From NCBI RefSeq assembly GCF_009914755.1, contig NC_060946.1: a stretch of 64,000 nt of DNA. One strand, written 5' to 3'. Position numbers and translations under genes: made by a program. This document shows, piece by piece, positions 16,889 to 29,430 of this stretch. The notes under the pieces are model-generated. The model made no database searches, was not told the origin of the DNA, and was given only the letters and a program-made list of their open reading frames with translations. This DNA comes from the human T2T-CHM13v2.0 reference genome, Homo sapiens. Numbering within the stretch: position 1 is the stretch's first letter; every line of letters starts with the position of its first letter.

Positions 16889-19800
16889 TCACTCCTCCTT
16901 TCCATCAGTCACCCCCAACTTTCCCAGGCTACACCTCGTAGGAAACTGTTCTCCTGCTTTGATTTCATGCGCCACCTTTGGGACAATCTAAGAACTTACA
17001 GGTTTTCTTGGCCAGATTTATTAGGAATTGTATGCACTGAAACACTGAAAACCAACTAGTGGTTCTGTGCTTCCCACGTTGTGGTTTTGACACCAGCAGC
17101 ATCCTTGCCACAATCAAACCCCGGAGATCCGCAGATCTGTGTTGTAACAAGACCTCCCCCTGACCCTGATGCATGGCAGTTGAAGAAGTCTTTCCGTGTA
17201 AGCGAAAAGACTTTGAAGAAAAGGTGGAGATATGCGTAGTATAAACATTCTTTGGCTCTGGAACCACGTAGAGACTTGGGAGACAGTTGCGTGGAGCATT
17301 CGTTGGATGAGGGTGCTCGGGTTTGGAATATCAAGGTGTTTCTCCAGATAATCCAATCATCTAATTAAGATTCCAGTTATGCTCATCTGTTTTAAAATTC
17401 CGTTTGGGTAAATTCTTTTAGTCAGACTGAGAATGGCAAAGCCTCAACCCCAATTTCCAGGGAGGGTGGAGAGCCTCAGGTGGAGTTGATCACCAATAGC
17501 CTATGGTTTAACCCATCATGCCTATAGAATGAGGTCTCCATCAAAACCCAAAAGGACTGGGTTCAGAGAGCTTCTGGATAACACTTCCTGGAAGGTAGTG
17601 CACCCCTCCCCGCATGCCGGGCCCCACATTTATTTCTGAACTTTGTGCAATGTCCGCTAAAATACAACGGCAAATGTAAGTGTTTCCCTGCGTGCTGTGA
17701 GCTCTTCCAGCAAATGAATGCAACTAAATCTGGGAGTGGTGGCAACCTGATTTATAGCCAGTTGCTGAGAAGCACAGGTAAAACAACGTAGGGCTTCCCA
17801 TTGTTATTGGTGTGGGAGGCCTGTCTGGCGGGACTCGGCCCTTTGGAATCTAATGCTATGTCCCGGTAGATAGCGTCACCATTGAATTAGAAGACACACA
17901 TATGTGGAGAATAATCTTTCTGGTCATTTACTGCATGTCATATTTACAATATGTAATCAAATTCTTTATCCTGACCTTATGGCACCTGGGTTTAGGACCA
18001 TGATTTGAACCAAACGTTGGTCTGTCACTTTCTGAGTTTGAAACTTTATTTTGCCTTTAGCGTTTTGCTATTGCTTTTTCGTTTTCTTTTGTTTCGTTTC
18101 GTTTCTAAGTTCTGGGGTATATGTGCAGGATGTGCAGATTTGTTACTAAGGTAAACGTGTGCCATGGTGGTTTGCTGCACCTGTCAACCCGTCACCTAGG
18201 TATTAAGCCCAGCATGCAGTAGCTGTTTTTCTTAACGCTCTGCCTCCCGAAAGGCCCCAGTGTGTGTTGTTCCCCTTCCTGTGTCCATGGGATCTCACTT
18301 TTCAGCTCCCATTATAAGTGAGAAGGTGGCGTTTGGTTTTCTTTCCCTGGATTAGTTTGCTGACGATAATGACCACACATCACCACTGTTTTTGTTTTTT
18401 AGTATAAAGAGTAGTATTTTATTGAATAAGATTTGCTCACAGAAAAATAAGCTTAAATCTACAATGAATGCCAGACCCTACAGCAGAAAGCAATTTTCTC
18501 ACTTTTCCACACACAATGGTTCCTACTAAGTGAAAAAAAAGCCATAAAATTTCATTCACAAATGTACTACTCTGTCTCAAAACATCTCACGTAATCATGC
18601 ACTGTACTAAAGCCATCAGATCAGTTCTTCAGTCAGGTTAAAGAAGTATCCCTCTAATAACTGACTTTTATAATGCTATCAATATCCACTCCCAATCAGT
18701 CTGCCATTGTTAATGGTGTACAGCATTACTGAATACAACGGAATTGATGACGCCCATATCCACAGACAAACCGTGACTTATGATGGTTTGACTTATGATT
18801 TTTCAACGTTATGATGGGTTTATTGGAATATTAGATTCGTTTCTGAGTTACACTGGGTTTATGAGTATGCGACCCTACACTCCAGAAACAGCTGTATAAG
18901 GAAAAACAGGAGTACCTAATAAAAATATGCTTAGTGACTTGGGATAAACCAATAGATGTTCACAAGTGATGGAGAGTCGTGAAAGAGAGATAGCGGTAAA
19001 TAGTTACAATAACACAATTTTCCTGCACCTGTCGAGGATTTCCCCCAAAAAACGCAGAATGTGGGATGCACCTAAGGCATATGAAAGAGAGAGGGCAGAA
19101 GGAGTAAGAGAGAAATAGGAGGAAGGAAGGAAGGAAGCAAGCAAGGAAGAAAGGAAGGAAGGAAAGAAGGAAGGAAGGACGGAAGGAAGGAAGGAAGGAA
19201 GGAAGGAAGGAAGGAAGGAAGGAAAGAAGGATGAAAGGAAGGAGAAAACACCGGTGTTACTAAAACCCCCCAAAAAATGGTTTCCCCCTGTGGGTAAGCC
19301 TACAATGTGGATGAATCTTGAAAATATTGTGCTACGTGTTATGTCAGTCATAGCAGCTCACCTATTGTGCAATTCCGTTTATAGGAAATGTCCACAATAT
19401 GGAAATCTATGCATATGGGATTGATCGCACTAGGTAGTTGCTACCTAGGGCTGAGGGTCAGGGAGAGGGTTTGAGACAGAATGAGGAGTGACTAATGTCT
19501 ACAGGGTCTTTCTCTGGTCGGGGGTGATAAGACGTTTTACAATGGATTGCGAATTAAAATTGAATGTGCACAACCACAGGTATACTAAAAGCCACTCAAT
19601 TCATGACCTTTAATGGGGGAATCTTACGTGGCGTAGTCTCATGGAGACCACGGCAGACATAGTGAGAGAGAAAAAGGTGAGTAAATATCTGAAACGGAGG
19701 CAGAAACAGAGAGAATGAAAAGCCCTGTGAATGGAAGGGAGAGCGAAAAGGGAAAATGGTCCTATTTACAAATGACAGATGTGAAACTGGGGTTCACATC

Positions 19801-19979
19801 AACAGTGTCACTGCCAGGAAGGAGGGTCATGCTAGCCATGTCACCGGTAGTGTGGCCCGCAGGGACGCCGACCTGCTGGAGCGTCGTGCCAGCATGGGCT
19901 GTGGCAACCACGTGGGCCAGCAGGAGGTTCCCGCTGCACAGCTGTGGGGTGAGGATAGACTGGGTGGTGATATCGGCCA

Positions 19980-22823
19980 TTACAGAGGCCCTCTTCTGCT
20001 GGCAAGAGTGTGACAGTAGCAAGTAGATGGACAGGCCTGCGTGTGAGGACGGAATGCAGGAGGGGTTCTTGTGCGCCTGGGTGTGGGGCCCTCACGGGAA
20101 CCGTGGAGAAATGGCCAGGTAACTGCGTCATGTGGGCTAGTAGATTGGCCAGGGCTTCGAACTGAAGGACGATAACGGGGAGTAGCTGTCAGGCCCTGGG
20201 AGTGCCTGAGTGTAAGTGGAGATGGGTTTGGGGTCACTGAGGGATGCGTGGGAGCCATCCCTGTATAGGTACAGGTCATAGGGAGATAGTCTCGTGAGGC
20301 CTGTGAGTGTCTAGGGTTGTCCTGGGTGCCTGGGGCTGACTGTGGCAGAAATCTGGGGAAGGCTGGAGAGAAGCTGGGAGACCCAGGAGAGTCCCTGAAG
20401 GCAGGGGGTGAAGAGGTGAAAGAAATGGGGGAGGGTTGCAGTAAGGTCCGTGAGTTTGTAGGTGATTCCTGGGTGCGGGAAGCTGACTCCAGGTGAAATC
20501 TGGAGATGGTTGGAGAGTAGCTGAGAGAGACAGAAGAGTCCCTGAGGGCTGGGGGTGAGAACATGAGGGAGACGGGGGAGTAAGTCAGTGAAATTCGTGA
20601 GTTCGGTGGTGTATCGTGGGTGCCTGGAACTGACTCCAGCTGGAATCTAGAGAAGTTTTGAGAGTAGCTGAAGGAGACACAAGAGTCCCTGTGGGCTGAG
20701 GGCAAAGACCTGAGACAGACCAGGGAGGACCTCAGTGAAGTCTGTGAGTCTGTAGGTGATTCCGGAGTGTGGGAGGCTGACTCCCGCTGAAATCTGGGCG
20801 TGGTGGGAGAGTAGGTGGGACAGACAGGAGAGTCCCAGGGGGCTGGGGGTGACGACGTGAGAGAGACTGGGGAGTAACTCAGTGAAATTGCTGAGTTGGT
20901 TGGTGATACCTGGGTGCCTGGAACTGACCCCCGCTGAAATCTGGGCATGGTTGGAGAGTAGCTGGGACACACAGGAGAGTCCCTGAGGGCTGGGGGTGAA
21001 GACATGAGCGAGACCGGGGAGTAACTGAGTGAAACTGGTGAGTTTGGTGGTGACTCCGGGGTGCCTGGAACTGACTCCAGCTGAAATGTGGGCGTGGTTG
21101 GAGAGTAGCTGGGACAGACAGGAGAGTCCCTGAGGACTGGTGAAGACATGAGAGAGACTGGAGAGTAATTGAGTGAAATTGGTGAGTTTGGTGGTGATTC
21201 CTGGGTGCCTGGAACTGACTCCCGCTGAAGTGTGGGCGTGGTTGGAGAGTAGCTGGGACACACAGGAGAGTCCCTGAGGGTTGGAGATAAAGACGTGCTA
21301 GAGACTGAGGAGTAACTGAGTGAAATTGGTGAGTTTGGTGGTGATTCCGGGGTGCCTGGAACGGACTCCAGCTGAAATGTGGGTGTGGTTGGAGAGTAGC
21401 TGGGACAGACGGGAGAGTCCCTGAGGGATGGTGAAGACATGAGAGAGACTGGGGAGTAACGCAGTGAAATTGGTGAGTTTGGTGGTGATTTCTGGGTGCC
21501 TGCAACGGACTCCCGCTGAAGTGTGGGCGTGCTTGGAGAGTAGCTGGGACAGACAGGCGAGTCCCTGAGGGTTGGAGATAAAGACGTGCTGGAGACTGGG
21601 GAGTAACTCAGTGAAAGTGGTGGGCTTGGTGGTGATCCCAGGGTTCCTGGAACTGACCCGCGCTGAAATGTGGGCGTGGTTGGAGAGTAGCTGGGACAGA
21701 CTGGAGGGTCCGTAAGGGCTGGGGGTGAAGACGTGAGAGAGACTGGCGAGGATCTCACTGAGGTCTGTGAGTTTGTAGGTGTTTCTGGGGTGTGGGGTAC
21801 AGACTCCCGCTGAAATCTGGGCGTAGTTGGAGAGTAGCTGGGACAGACAGGAGAGTCATGGGTGGCTGGGGGTGAGCTGCTGGATGATGGCAGTAAGAAC
21901 ATATGGTACATTATTGATGAATGAGGTGACTGTGAAGAATCTCCAGAGGAGGACACGGGAGAACACAATGACATGAGTGACTGTCCTGCTTGGTTAGGAA
22001 AGGGAAACGTAAAGTTGTGGAATTCTGTTGATGATGGATGTGAGAGTGGTGAAGCCCTGCGGGATGATGTAGAGGACTTCCACATCCCTGGTGAGGAGCT
22101 GCCCCTTGGGTCTGAGTTTCTGGGAGGGGAGAGGGAGAAGCTGGGTGAGGCAGGCATGAATCTTGAGGAGTCAGGGCTGGGGGACCGCTCATATTCTCCC
22201 GAGACCTGTGAGTCTCTGGGGGACTCCTGGGTGCATGGGGCTGACTCCCGCAGGAACCTGGGGATGGCTGGAGAGTAACTGGGAGCCACAGGAGGGTCCC
22301 TGAGGCCTGGGGGTGAAGAGATGCAAGACACAGGGGTGGAGCAGCGTGAGGCTCGTGAGTTTGTAGGTGATTCCTGGGTGTGGGGGGCTGACTCCAGCTG
22401 AAATCTGGGGTTGTTTGGAGAGTAGCTGGGAGACACAGGAGAACCCCCGAGAGCTGGGGGTGAGCTGCTGGGTGATGGCAGTAAGAACATGTGGTATATT
22501 ATTGATGAACGTGGGGACTCTGAGGAGTCCTCAGAGGAGGACACGGCAGAGCCCAATGGCTTCATTGATTGCCCATCACGGTGAGGACAGGGAAATGGGA
22601 GCTTGTGGGATTCTGGTGATGACAGAGGTGAGTGTGGTGAAGCCCTAGGGGATGGTGAATGGTAGTTCCGGATCCCTGGTGAGGAGCTTCCCCTTAAGCC
22701 TGAGTTTCTGAGAGGGGAGAGGGAGAAGCTGGGTGAGGCTCGCATGGACCTTGGGGTGTCCGTGCTGGGGGACCGTTCATAAGAAGAGCCAGACAAGACC
22801 CTACTGTTCTTAGGTGCAGACAT
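19980..22823 (-). CDS. C-terminally truncated copy, 947 aa (unit 4; +1 frameshift, ends RRGPL)
   Basis: ggccctctt at ~19987-19995 versus ggcctctt in intact units removes the last ~46 aa. TATA at 23165-23172. Confidence 0.45.
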   Translation of the reverse strand: MSAPKNSRVLSGSSYERSPSTDTPRSMRASPSFSLSPLRNSGLRGSSSPGIRNYHSPSPRASPHSPLSSPESHKLPFPCPHRDGQSMKPLGSAVSSSEDSSESPRSSIIYHMFLLPSPSSSPPALGGSPVSPSYSPNNPRFQLESAPHTQESPTNSRASRCSTPVSCISSPPGLRDPPVAPSYSPAIPRFLRESAPCTQESPRDSQVSGEYERSPSPDSSRFMPASPSFSLSPPRNSDPRGSSSPGMWKSSTSSRRASPLSHPSSTEFHNFTFPFPNQAGQSLMSLCSPVSSSGDSSQSPHSSIMYHMFLLPSSSSSPPATHDSPVCPSYSPTTPRFQRESVPHTPETPTNSQTSVRSSPVSLTSSPPALTDPPVCPSYSPTTPTFQRGSVPGTLGSPPSPPLSLSYSPVSSTSLSPTLRDSPVCPSYSPSTPTLQRESVAGTQKSPPNSPISLRYSPVSLMSSPSLRDSPVCPSYSPTTPTFQLESVPGTPESPPNSPISLSYSSVSSTSLSPTLRDSPVCPSYSPTTPTLQRESVPGTQESPPNSPISLNYSPVSLMSSPVLRDSPVCPSYSPTTPTFQLESVPGTPESPPNSPVSLSYSPVSLMSSPPALRDSPVCPSYSPTMPRFQRGSVPGTQVSPTNSAISLSYSPVSLTSSPPAPWDSPVCPTYSPTTPRFQRESASHTPESPTDSQTSLRSSLVCLRSLPSAHRDSCVSFSYSQNFSRFQLESVPGTHDTPPNSRISLTYSPVSLMFSPPALRDSSVSLSYSPTISRFHLESASRTQESPTNSRTLLQPSPISFTSSPPAFRDSPGSPSFSPAFPRFLPQSAPGTQDNPRHSQASRDYLPMTCTYTGMAPTHPSVTPNPSPLTLRHSQGLTATPRYRPSVRSPGQSTSPHDAVTWPFLHGSREGPTPRRTRTPPAFRPHTQACPSTCYCHTLASRRGPL

Positions 22824-25800
22824 GATTAGGAAACCTGCAGCTCCCAGGGGCCCCCACTAATGTTCTAACTCGCAGAAGGAAGGAGTGTGTGTGCGTGTGT
22901 GCGTGTGCGTGTGTGTGTGTGTGTGTGTTTGTGTGTGTGCGGTGTGAGGTATGGGCCCCTTAAGGAAATGGAAATCAACCAACCAATGGGACAGACAGAC
23001 AGACAGACAGACAGAGATTCACTTGCCCAAGTGTTCTGTCCTGTCCTCTGAATCCGCTTTCAAGTCGCAAGACGCTGTGAGCTCCAAGTCCACGCAGAGT
23101 CCGCCAAACGCTCCGGCCGCTGATCCGCTCCGCGAAGATCTGAGTACAGGCCAGCCAGGGTGGGTTTAAATAGCCTCGGGCGCAGCCTAGCAGCGGAAAG
23201 GGCGGAGCTTCACTCCTCCTTTCCATCAGTCACCCCCAACTTTCCCAGGCTACACCTCGTAGGAAACTGTTCTCCTGCTTTGATTTCATGCGCCACCTTT
23301 GGGACAATCTAAGAACTTACAGGTTTTCTTGGCCAGATTTATTAGGAATTGTATGCACTGAAACACTGAAAACCAACTAGTGGTTCTGTGCTTCCCACGT
23401 TGTGGTTTTGACACCAGCAGCATCCTTGCCACAATCAAACCCCGGAGATCCGCAGATCTGTGTTGTAACAAGACCTCCCCCTGACCCTGATGCATGGCAG
23501 TTGAAGAAGTCTTTCCGTGTAAGCGAAAAGACTTTGAAGAAAAGGTGGAGATATGCGTAGTATAAACATTCTTTGGCTCTGGAACCACGTAGAGACTTGG
23601 GAGCCAGTTGGGTGGAGCATTCGTTGGATGAGGGTGCTCGGGTTAGGAATATCAAGGTGTTTCTCCAGATAATCCAATCATCTAATTAAGATTCCAGTTA
23701 TGCTCATCTGTTTTAAAATTCCGTTTGGGTAAATTCTTTTAGTCAGACTGAGAATGGCAAAGCCTCAACCCCAATTTCCAGGGAGGGTGGAGAGCCTCAG
23801 GTGGAGTTGATCACCAATAGCCTATGGTTTAACCCATCATGCCTATAGAATGAGGTCTCCATCAAAACCCAAAAGGACTGGGTTCAGAGAGCTTCTGGAT
23901 AACACTTCCTGGAAGGTAGTGCACCCCTCCCCGCATGCCGGGCCCCACATTTATTTCTGAACCTTGTGCAATGTCCGCTAAAATACAACGGCAAATGTAA
24001 GTGTTTCCCTGCGTGCTGTGAGCTCTTCCAGCAAATGAATGCAACTAAATCTGGGAGTGGTGGCAACCTGATTTATAGCCAGTTGCTGAGAAGCACAGGT
24101 AAAACAACGTAGGGCTTCCCATTGTTATTGGTGTGGGAGGCCTGTCTGGCGGGACTCGGCCCTTTGGAATCTAATGCTATGTCCCGGTAGATAGCGTCAC
24201 CATTGAATTAGAAGACACACATATGTGGAGAATAATCTTTCTGGTCATTTACTGCATGTCATATTTACAATATGTAATCAAATTCTTTATCCTGACCTTA
24301 TGGCACCTGGGTTTAGGACCATGATTTGAACCAAACGTTGGTCTGTCACTTTCTGAGTTTGAAACTTTATTTTGCCTTTAGCGTTTTGCTATTGCTTTTT
24401 CGTTTTCTTTTGTTTCGTTTCGTTTCTAAGTTCTGGGGTATATGTGCAGGATGTGCAGATTTGTTACTAAGGTAAACGTGTGCCATGGTGGTTTGCTGCA
24501 CCTGTCAACCCGTCACCTAGGTATTAAGCCCAGCATGCAGTAGCTGTTTTTCTTAACGCTCTGCCTCCCGAAAGGCCCCAGTGTGTGTTGTTCCCCTTCC
24601 TGTGTCCATGGGATCTCACTTTTCAGCTCCCATTATAAGTGAGAAGGTGGCGTTTGGTTTTCTTTCCCTGGATTAGTTTGCTGACGATAATGACCACACA
24701 TCACCACTGTTTTTGTTTTTTAGTATAAAGAGTAGTATTTTATTGAATAAGATTTGCTCACAGAAAAATAAGCTTAAATCTACAATGAATGCCAGACCCT
24801 ACAGCAGAAAGCAATTTTCTCACTTTTCCACACACAATGGTTCCTACTAAGTGAAAAAAAAGCCATAAAATTTCATTCACAAATGTACTACTCTGTCTCA
24901 AAACATCTCACGTAATCATGCACTGTACTAAAGCCATCAGATCAGTTCTTCAGTCAGGTTAAAGAAGTATCCCTCTAATAACTGACTTTTATAATGCTAT
25001 CAATATCCACTCCCAATCAGTCTGCCATTGTTAATGGTGTACAGCATTACTGAATACAACGGAATTGATGACGCCCATATCCACAGACAAACCGTGACTT
25101 ATGATGGTTTGACTTATGATTTTTCAACGTTATGATGGGTTTATTGGAATATTAGATTCGTTTCTGAGTTACACTGGGTTTATGAGTATGCGACCCTACA
25201 CTCCAGAAACAGCTGTATAAGGAAAAACAGGAGTACCTAATAAAAATATGCTTAGTGACTTGGGATAAACCAATAGATGTTCACAAGTGATGGAGAGCCG
25301 TGAAAGAGAGATAGCGGTAAATAGTTACAATAACACAATTTTCCTGCACCTGTCGAGGATTTCCCCCAAAAAACGCAGAATGTGGGATGCACCTAAGGCA
25401 TATGAAAGAGAGAGGGCAGAAGGAGTAAGAGAGAAATAGGAGGAAGGAAGGAAGGAAGCAAGCAAGGAAGAAAGGAAGGAAGGAAAGAAGGAAGGAAGGA
25501 CGGAAGGAAGGAAGGAAGGAAGGAAGGAAGGAAGGAAGGAAAGAAGGATGAAAGGAAGGAGAAAACACCGGTGTTACTAAAACCCCCCAAAAAATGGTTT
25601 CCCCCTGTGGGTAAGCCTACAATGTGGATGAATCTTGAAAATATTGTGCTACGTGTTATGTCAGTCATAGCAGCTCACCTATTGTGCAATTCCGTTTATA
25701 GGAAATGTCCACAATATGGAAATCTATGCATATGGGATTGATCGCACTAGGTAGTTGCTACCTAGGGCTGAGGGTCAGGGAGAGGGTTTGAGACAGAATG

Positions 25801-26592
25801 AGGAGTGACTAATGTCTACAGGGTCTTTCTCTGGTCGGGGGTGATAAGACGTTTTACAATGGATTGCGAATTAAAATTGAATGTGCACAACCACAGGTAT
25901 ACTAAAAGCCACTCAATTCATGACCTTTAATGGGGGAATCTTACGTGGCGTAGTCTCATGGAGACCACGGCAGACATAGTGAGAGAGAAAAAGGTGAGTA
26001 AATATCTGAAACGGAGGCAGAAACAGAGAGAATGAAAAGCCCTGTGAATGGAAGGGAGAGCGAAAAGGGAAAATGGTCCTATTTACAAATGACAGATGTG
26101 AAACTGGGGTTCACATCAACAGTGTCACTGCCAGGAAGGAGGGTCATGCTAGCCATGTCACCGGTAGTGTGGCCCGCAGGGACGCTGACCTGCTGGAGCG
26201 TCGTGCCAGCATGGGCTGTGGCAACCACGTGGGCCAGCAGGAGGTTCCCGCTGCACAGCTGTGGGGTGAGGATAGACTGGGTGGTGATATCGGCCATTAC
26301 AGGGGCCCTCTTCTGCTGGCAAGAGTGTGACAGTAGCAAGTAGATGGACAGGCCTGCGTGTGAGGACGGAATGCAGGAGGGGTTCTTGTGCGCCTGGGTG
26401 TGGGGCCCTCACGGGAACCGTGGAGAAATGGCCAGGTAACTGCGTCATGTGGGCTAGTAGATTGGCCAGGGCTTCGAACTGAAGGACGATAACGGGGAGT
26501 AGCTGTCAGGCCCTGGGAGTGCCTGAGTGTAAGTGGAGATGGGTTTGGGGTCACTGAGGGATGCGTGGGAGCCATCCCTGTATAGGTACAGG

Positions 26593-29430
26593 TCATAGGG
26601 AGATAGTCTCGTGAGGCCTGTGAGTGTCTAGGGTTGTCCTGGGTGCCTGGGGCTGACTGTGGCAGAAATCTGGGGAAGGCTGGAGAGAAGCTGGGAGACC
26701 CAGGAGAGTCCCTGAAGGCAGGGGTGAAGAGGTGAAAGAAATGGGGGAGGGTTGCAGTAAGGTCCGTGAGTTTGTAGGTGATTCCTGGGTGCGGGAAGCT
26801 GACTCCAGGTGAAATCTGGAGATGGTTGGAGAGTAGCTGAGAGAGACAGAAGAGTCCCTGAGGGCTGGGGGTGAGAACATGAGGGAGACGGGGGAGTAAG
26901 TCAGTGAAATTCGTGAGTTCGGTGGTGTATCGTGGGTGCCTGGAACTGACTCCAGCTGGAATCTAGAGAAGTTTTGAGAGTAGCTGAAGGAGACACAAGA
27001 GTCCCTGTGGGCTGAGGGCAAAGACCTGAGACAGACCAGGGAGGACCTCAGTGAAGTCTGTGAGTCTGTAGGTGATTCCGGAGTGTGGGAGGCTGACTCC
27101 CGCTGAAATCTGGGCGTGGTGGGAGAGTAGGTGGGACAGACAGGAGAGTCCCAGGGGGCTGGGGGTGACGACGTGAGAGAGACTGGGGAGTAACTCAGTG
27201 AAATTGCTGAGTTGGTTGGTGATACCTGGGTGCCTGGAACTGACCCCCGCTGAAATCTGGGCATGGTTGGAGAGTAGCTGGGACACACAGGAGAGTCCCT
27301 GAGGGCTGGGGGTGAAGACATGAGCGAGACCGGGGAGTAACTGAGTGAAACTGGTGAGTTTGGTGGTGACTCCGGGGTGCCTGGAACTGACTCCAGCTGA
27401 AATGTGGGCGTGGTTGGAGAGTAGCTGGGACAGACAGGAGAGTCCCTGAGGACTGGTGAAGACATGAGAGAGACTGGAGAGTAATTGAGTGAAATTGGTG
27501 AGTTTGGTGGTGATTCCTGGGTGCCTGGAACTGACTCCCGCTGAAGTGTGGGTGTGGTTGGAGAGTAGCTGGGACACACAGGAGAGTCCCTGAGGGTTGG
27601 AGATAAAGACGTGCTAGAGACTGAGGAGTAACTGAGTGAAATTGGTGAGTTTGGTGGTGATTCCGGGGTGCCTGGAACGGACTCCTGCTGAAATGTGGGC
27701 GTGGTTGGAGAGTAGCTGGGACAGACGGGAGAGTCCCTGAGGGATGGTGAAGACATGAGAGAGACTGGGGAGTAACGCAGTGAAATTGGTGAGTTTGGTG
27801 GTGATTTCTGGGTGCCTGCAACGGACTCCCGCTGAAGTGTGGGCGTGCTTGGAGAGTAGCTGGGACAGACAGGCGAGTCCCTGAGGGTTGGAGATAAAGA
27901 CGTGCTAGAGACTGAGGAGTAACTGAGTGAAATTGGTGAGTTTGGTGGTGATTCCGGGGTGCCTGGAACGGACTCCAGCTGAAATGTGGGCGTGGTTGGA
28001 GAGTAGCTGGGACAGACGGGAGAGTCCCTGAGGGATGGTGAAGACATGAGAGAGACTGGGGAGTAACGCAGTGAAATTGGTGAGTTTGGTGGTGATTTCT
28101 GGGTGCCTGCAACGGACTCCCGCTGAAGTGTGGGCGTGCTTGGAGAGTAGCTGGGACAGACAGGCGAGTCCCTGAGGGTTGGAGATAAAGACGTGCTGGA
28201 GACTGGGGAGTAACTCAGTGAAAGTGGTGGGCTTGGTGGTGATCCCAGGGTTCCTGGAACTGACCCGCGCTGAAATGTGGGCGTGGTTGGAGAGTAGCTG
28301 GGACAGACTGGAGGGTCCGTAAGGGCTGGGGGTGAAGACGTGAGAGAGACTGGCGAGGATCTCACTGAGGTCTGTGAGTTTGTAGGTGTTTCTGGGGTGT
28401 GGGGTACAGACTCCCGCTGAAATCTGGGCGTAGTTGGAGAGTAGCTGGGACAGACAGGAGAGTCATGGGTGGCTGGGGGTGAGCTGCTGGATGATGGCAG
28501 TAAGAACATATGGTACATTATTGATGAATGAGGTGACTGTGAAGAATCTCCAGAGGAGGACACGGGAGAACACAATGACATGAGTGACTGTCCTGCTTGG
28601 TTAGGAAAGGGAAACGTAAAGTTGTGGAATTCTGTTGATGATGGATGTGAGAGTGGTGAAGCCCTGCGGGATGATGTAGAGGACTTCCACATCCCTGGTG
28701 AGGAGCTGCCCCTTGGGTCTGAGTTTCTGGGAGGGGAGAGGGAGAAGCTGGGTGAGGCAGGCATGAATCTTGAGGAGTCAGGACTGGGGGACCGCTCATA
28801 TTCTCCCGAGACCTGTGAGTCTCTGGGGGACTCCTGGGTGCATGGGGCTGACTCCCGCAGGAACCTGGGGATGGCTGGAGAGTAACTGGGAGCCACAGGA
28901 GGGTCCCTGAGGCCTGGGGGTGAAGAGATGCAAGACACAGGGGTGGAGCAGCGTGAGGCTCGTGAGTTTGTAGGTGATTCCTGGGTGTGGGGGGCTGACT
29001 CCAGCTGAAATCTGGGGTTGTTTGGAGAGTAGCTGGGAGACACAGGAGAACCCCCGAGAGCTGGGGGTGAGCTGCTGGGTGATGGCAGTAAGAACATGTG
29101 GTATATTATTGATGAACGTGGGGACTCTGAGGAGTCCTCAGAGGAGGACACGGCAGAGCCCAATGGCTTCATTGATTGCCCATCACGGTGAGGACAGGGA
29201 AATGGGAGCTTGTGGGATTCTGGTGATGACAGAGGTGAGTGTGGTGAAGCCCTAGGGGATGGTGAATGGTAGTTCCGGATCCCTGGTGAGGAGCTTCCCC
29301 TTAAGCCGGAGTTTCTGAGAGGGGAGAGGGAGAAGCTGGGTGAGGCTCGCATGGACCTTGGGGTGTCCGTGCTGGGGGACCGTTCATAAGAAGAGCCAGA
29401 CAAGACCCTACTGTTCTTAGGTGCAGACAT
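26593..29430 (-). pseudogene. Frameshifted copy, 945 aa with an alternative tail ending HETISL (unit 5)
   Basis: G5 is reduced to G4 at 26721-26724, with a second +1 at 26306-26308. TATA at 29768-29775. Confidence 0.55.
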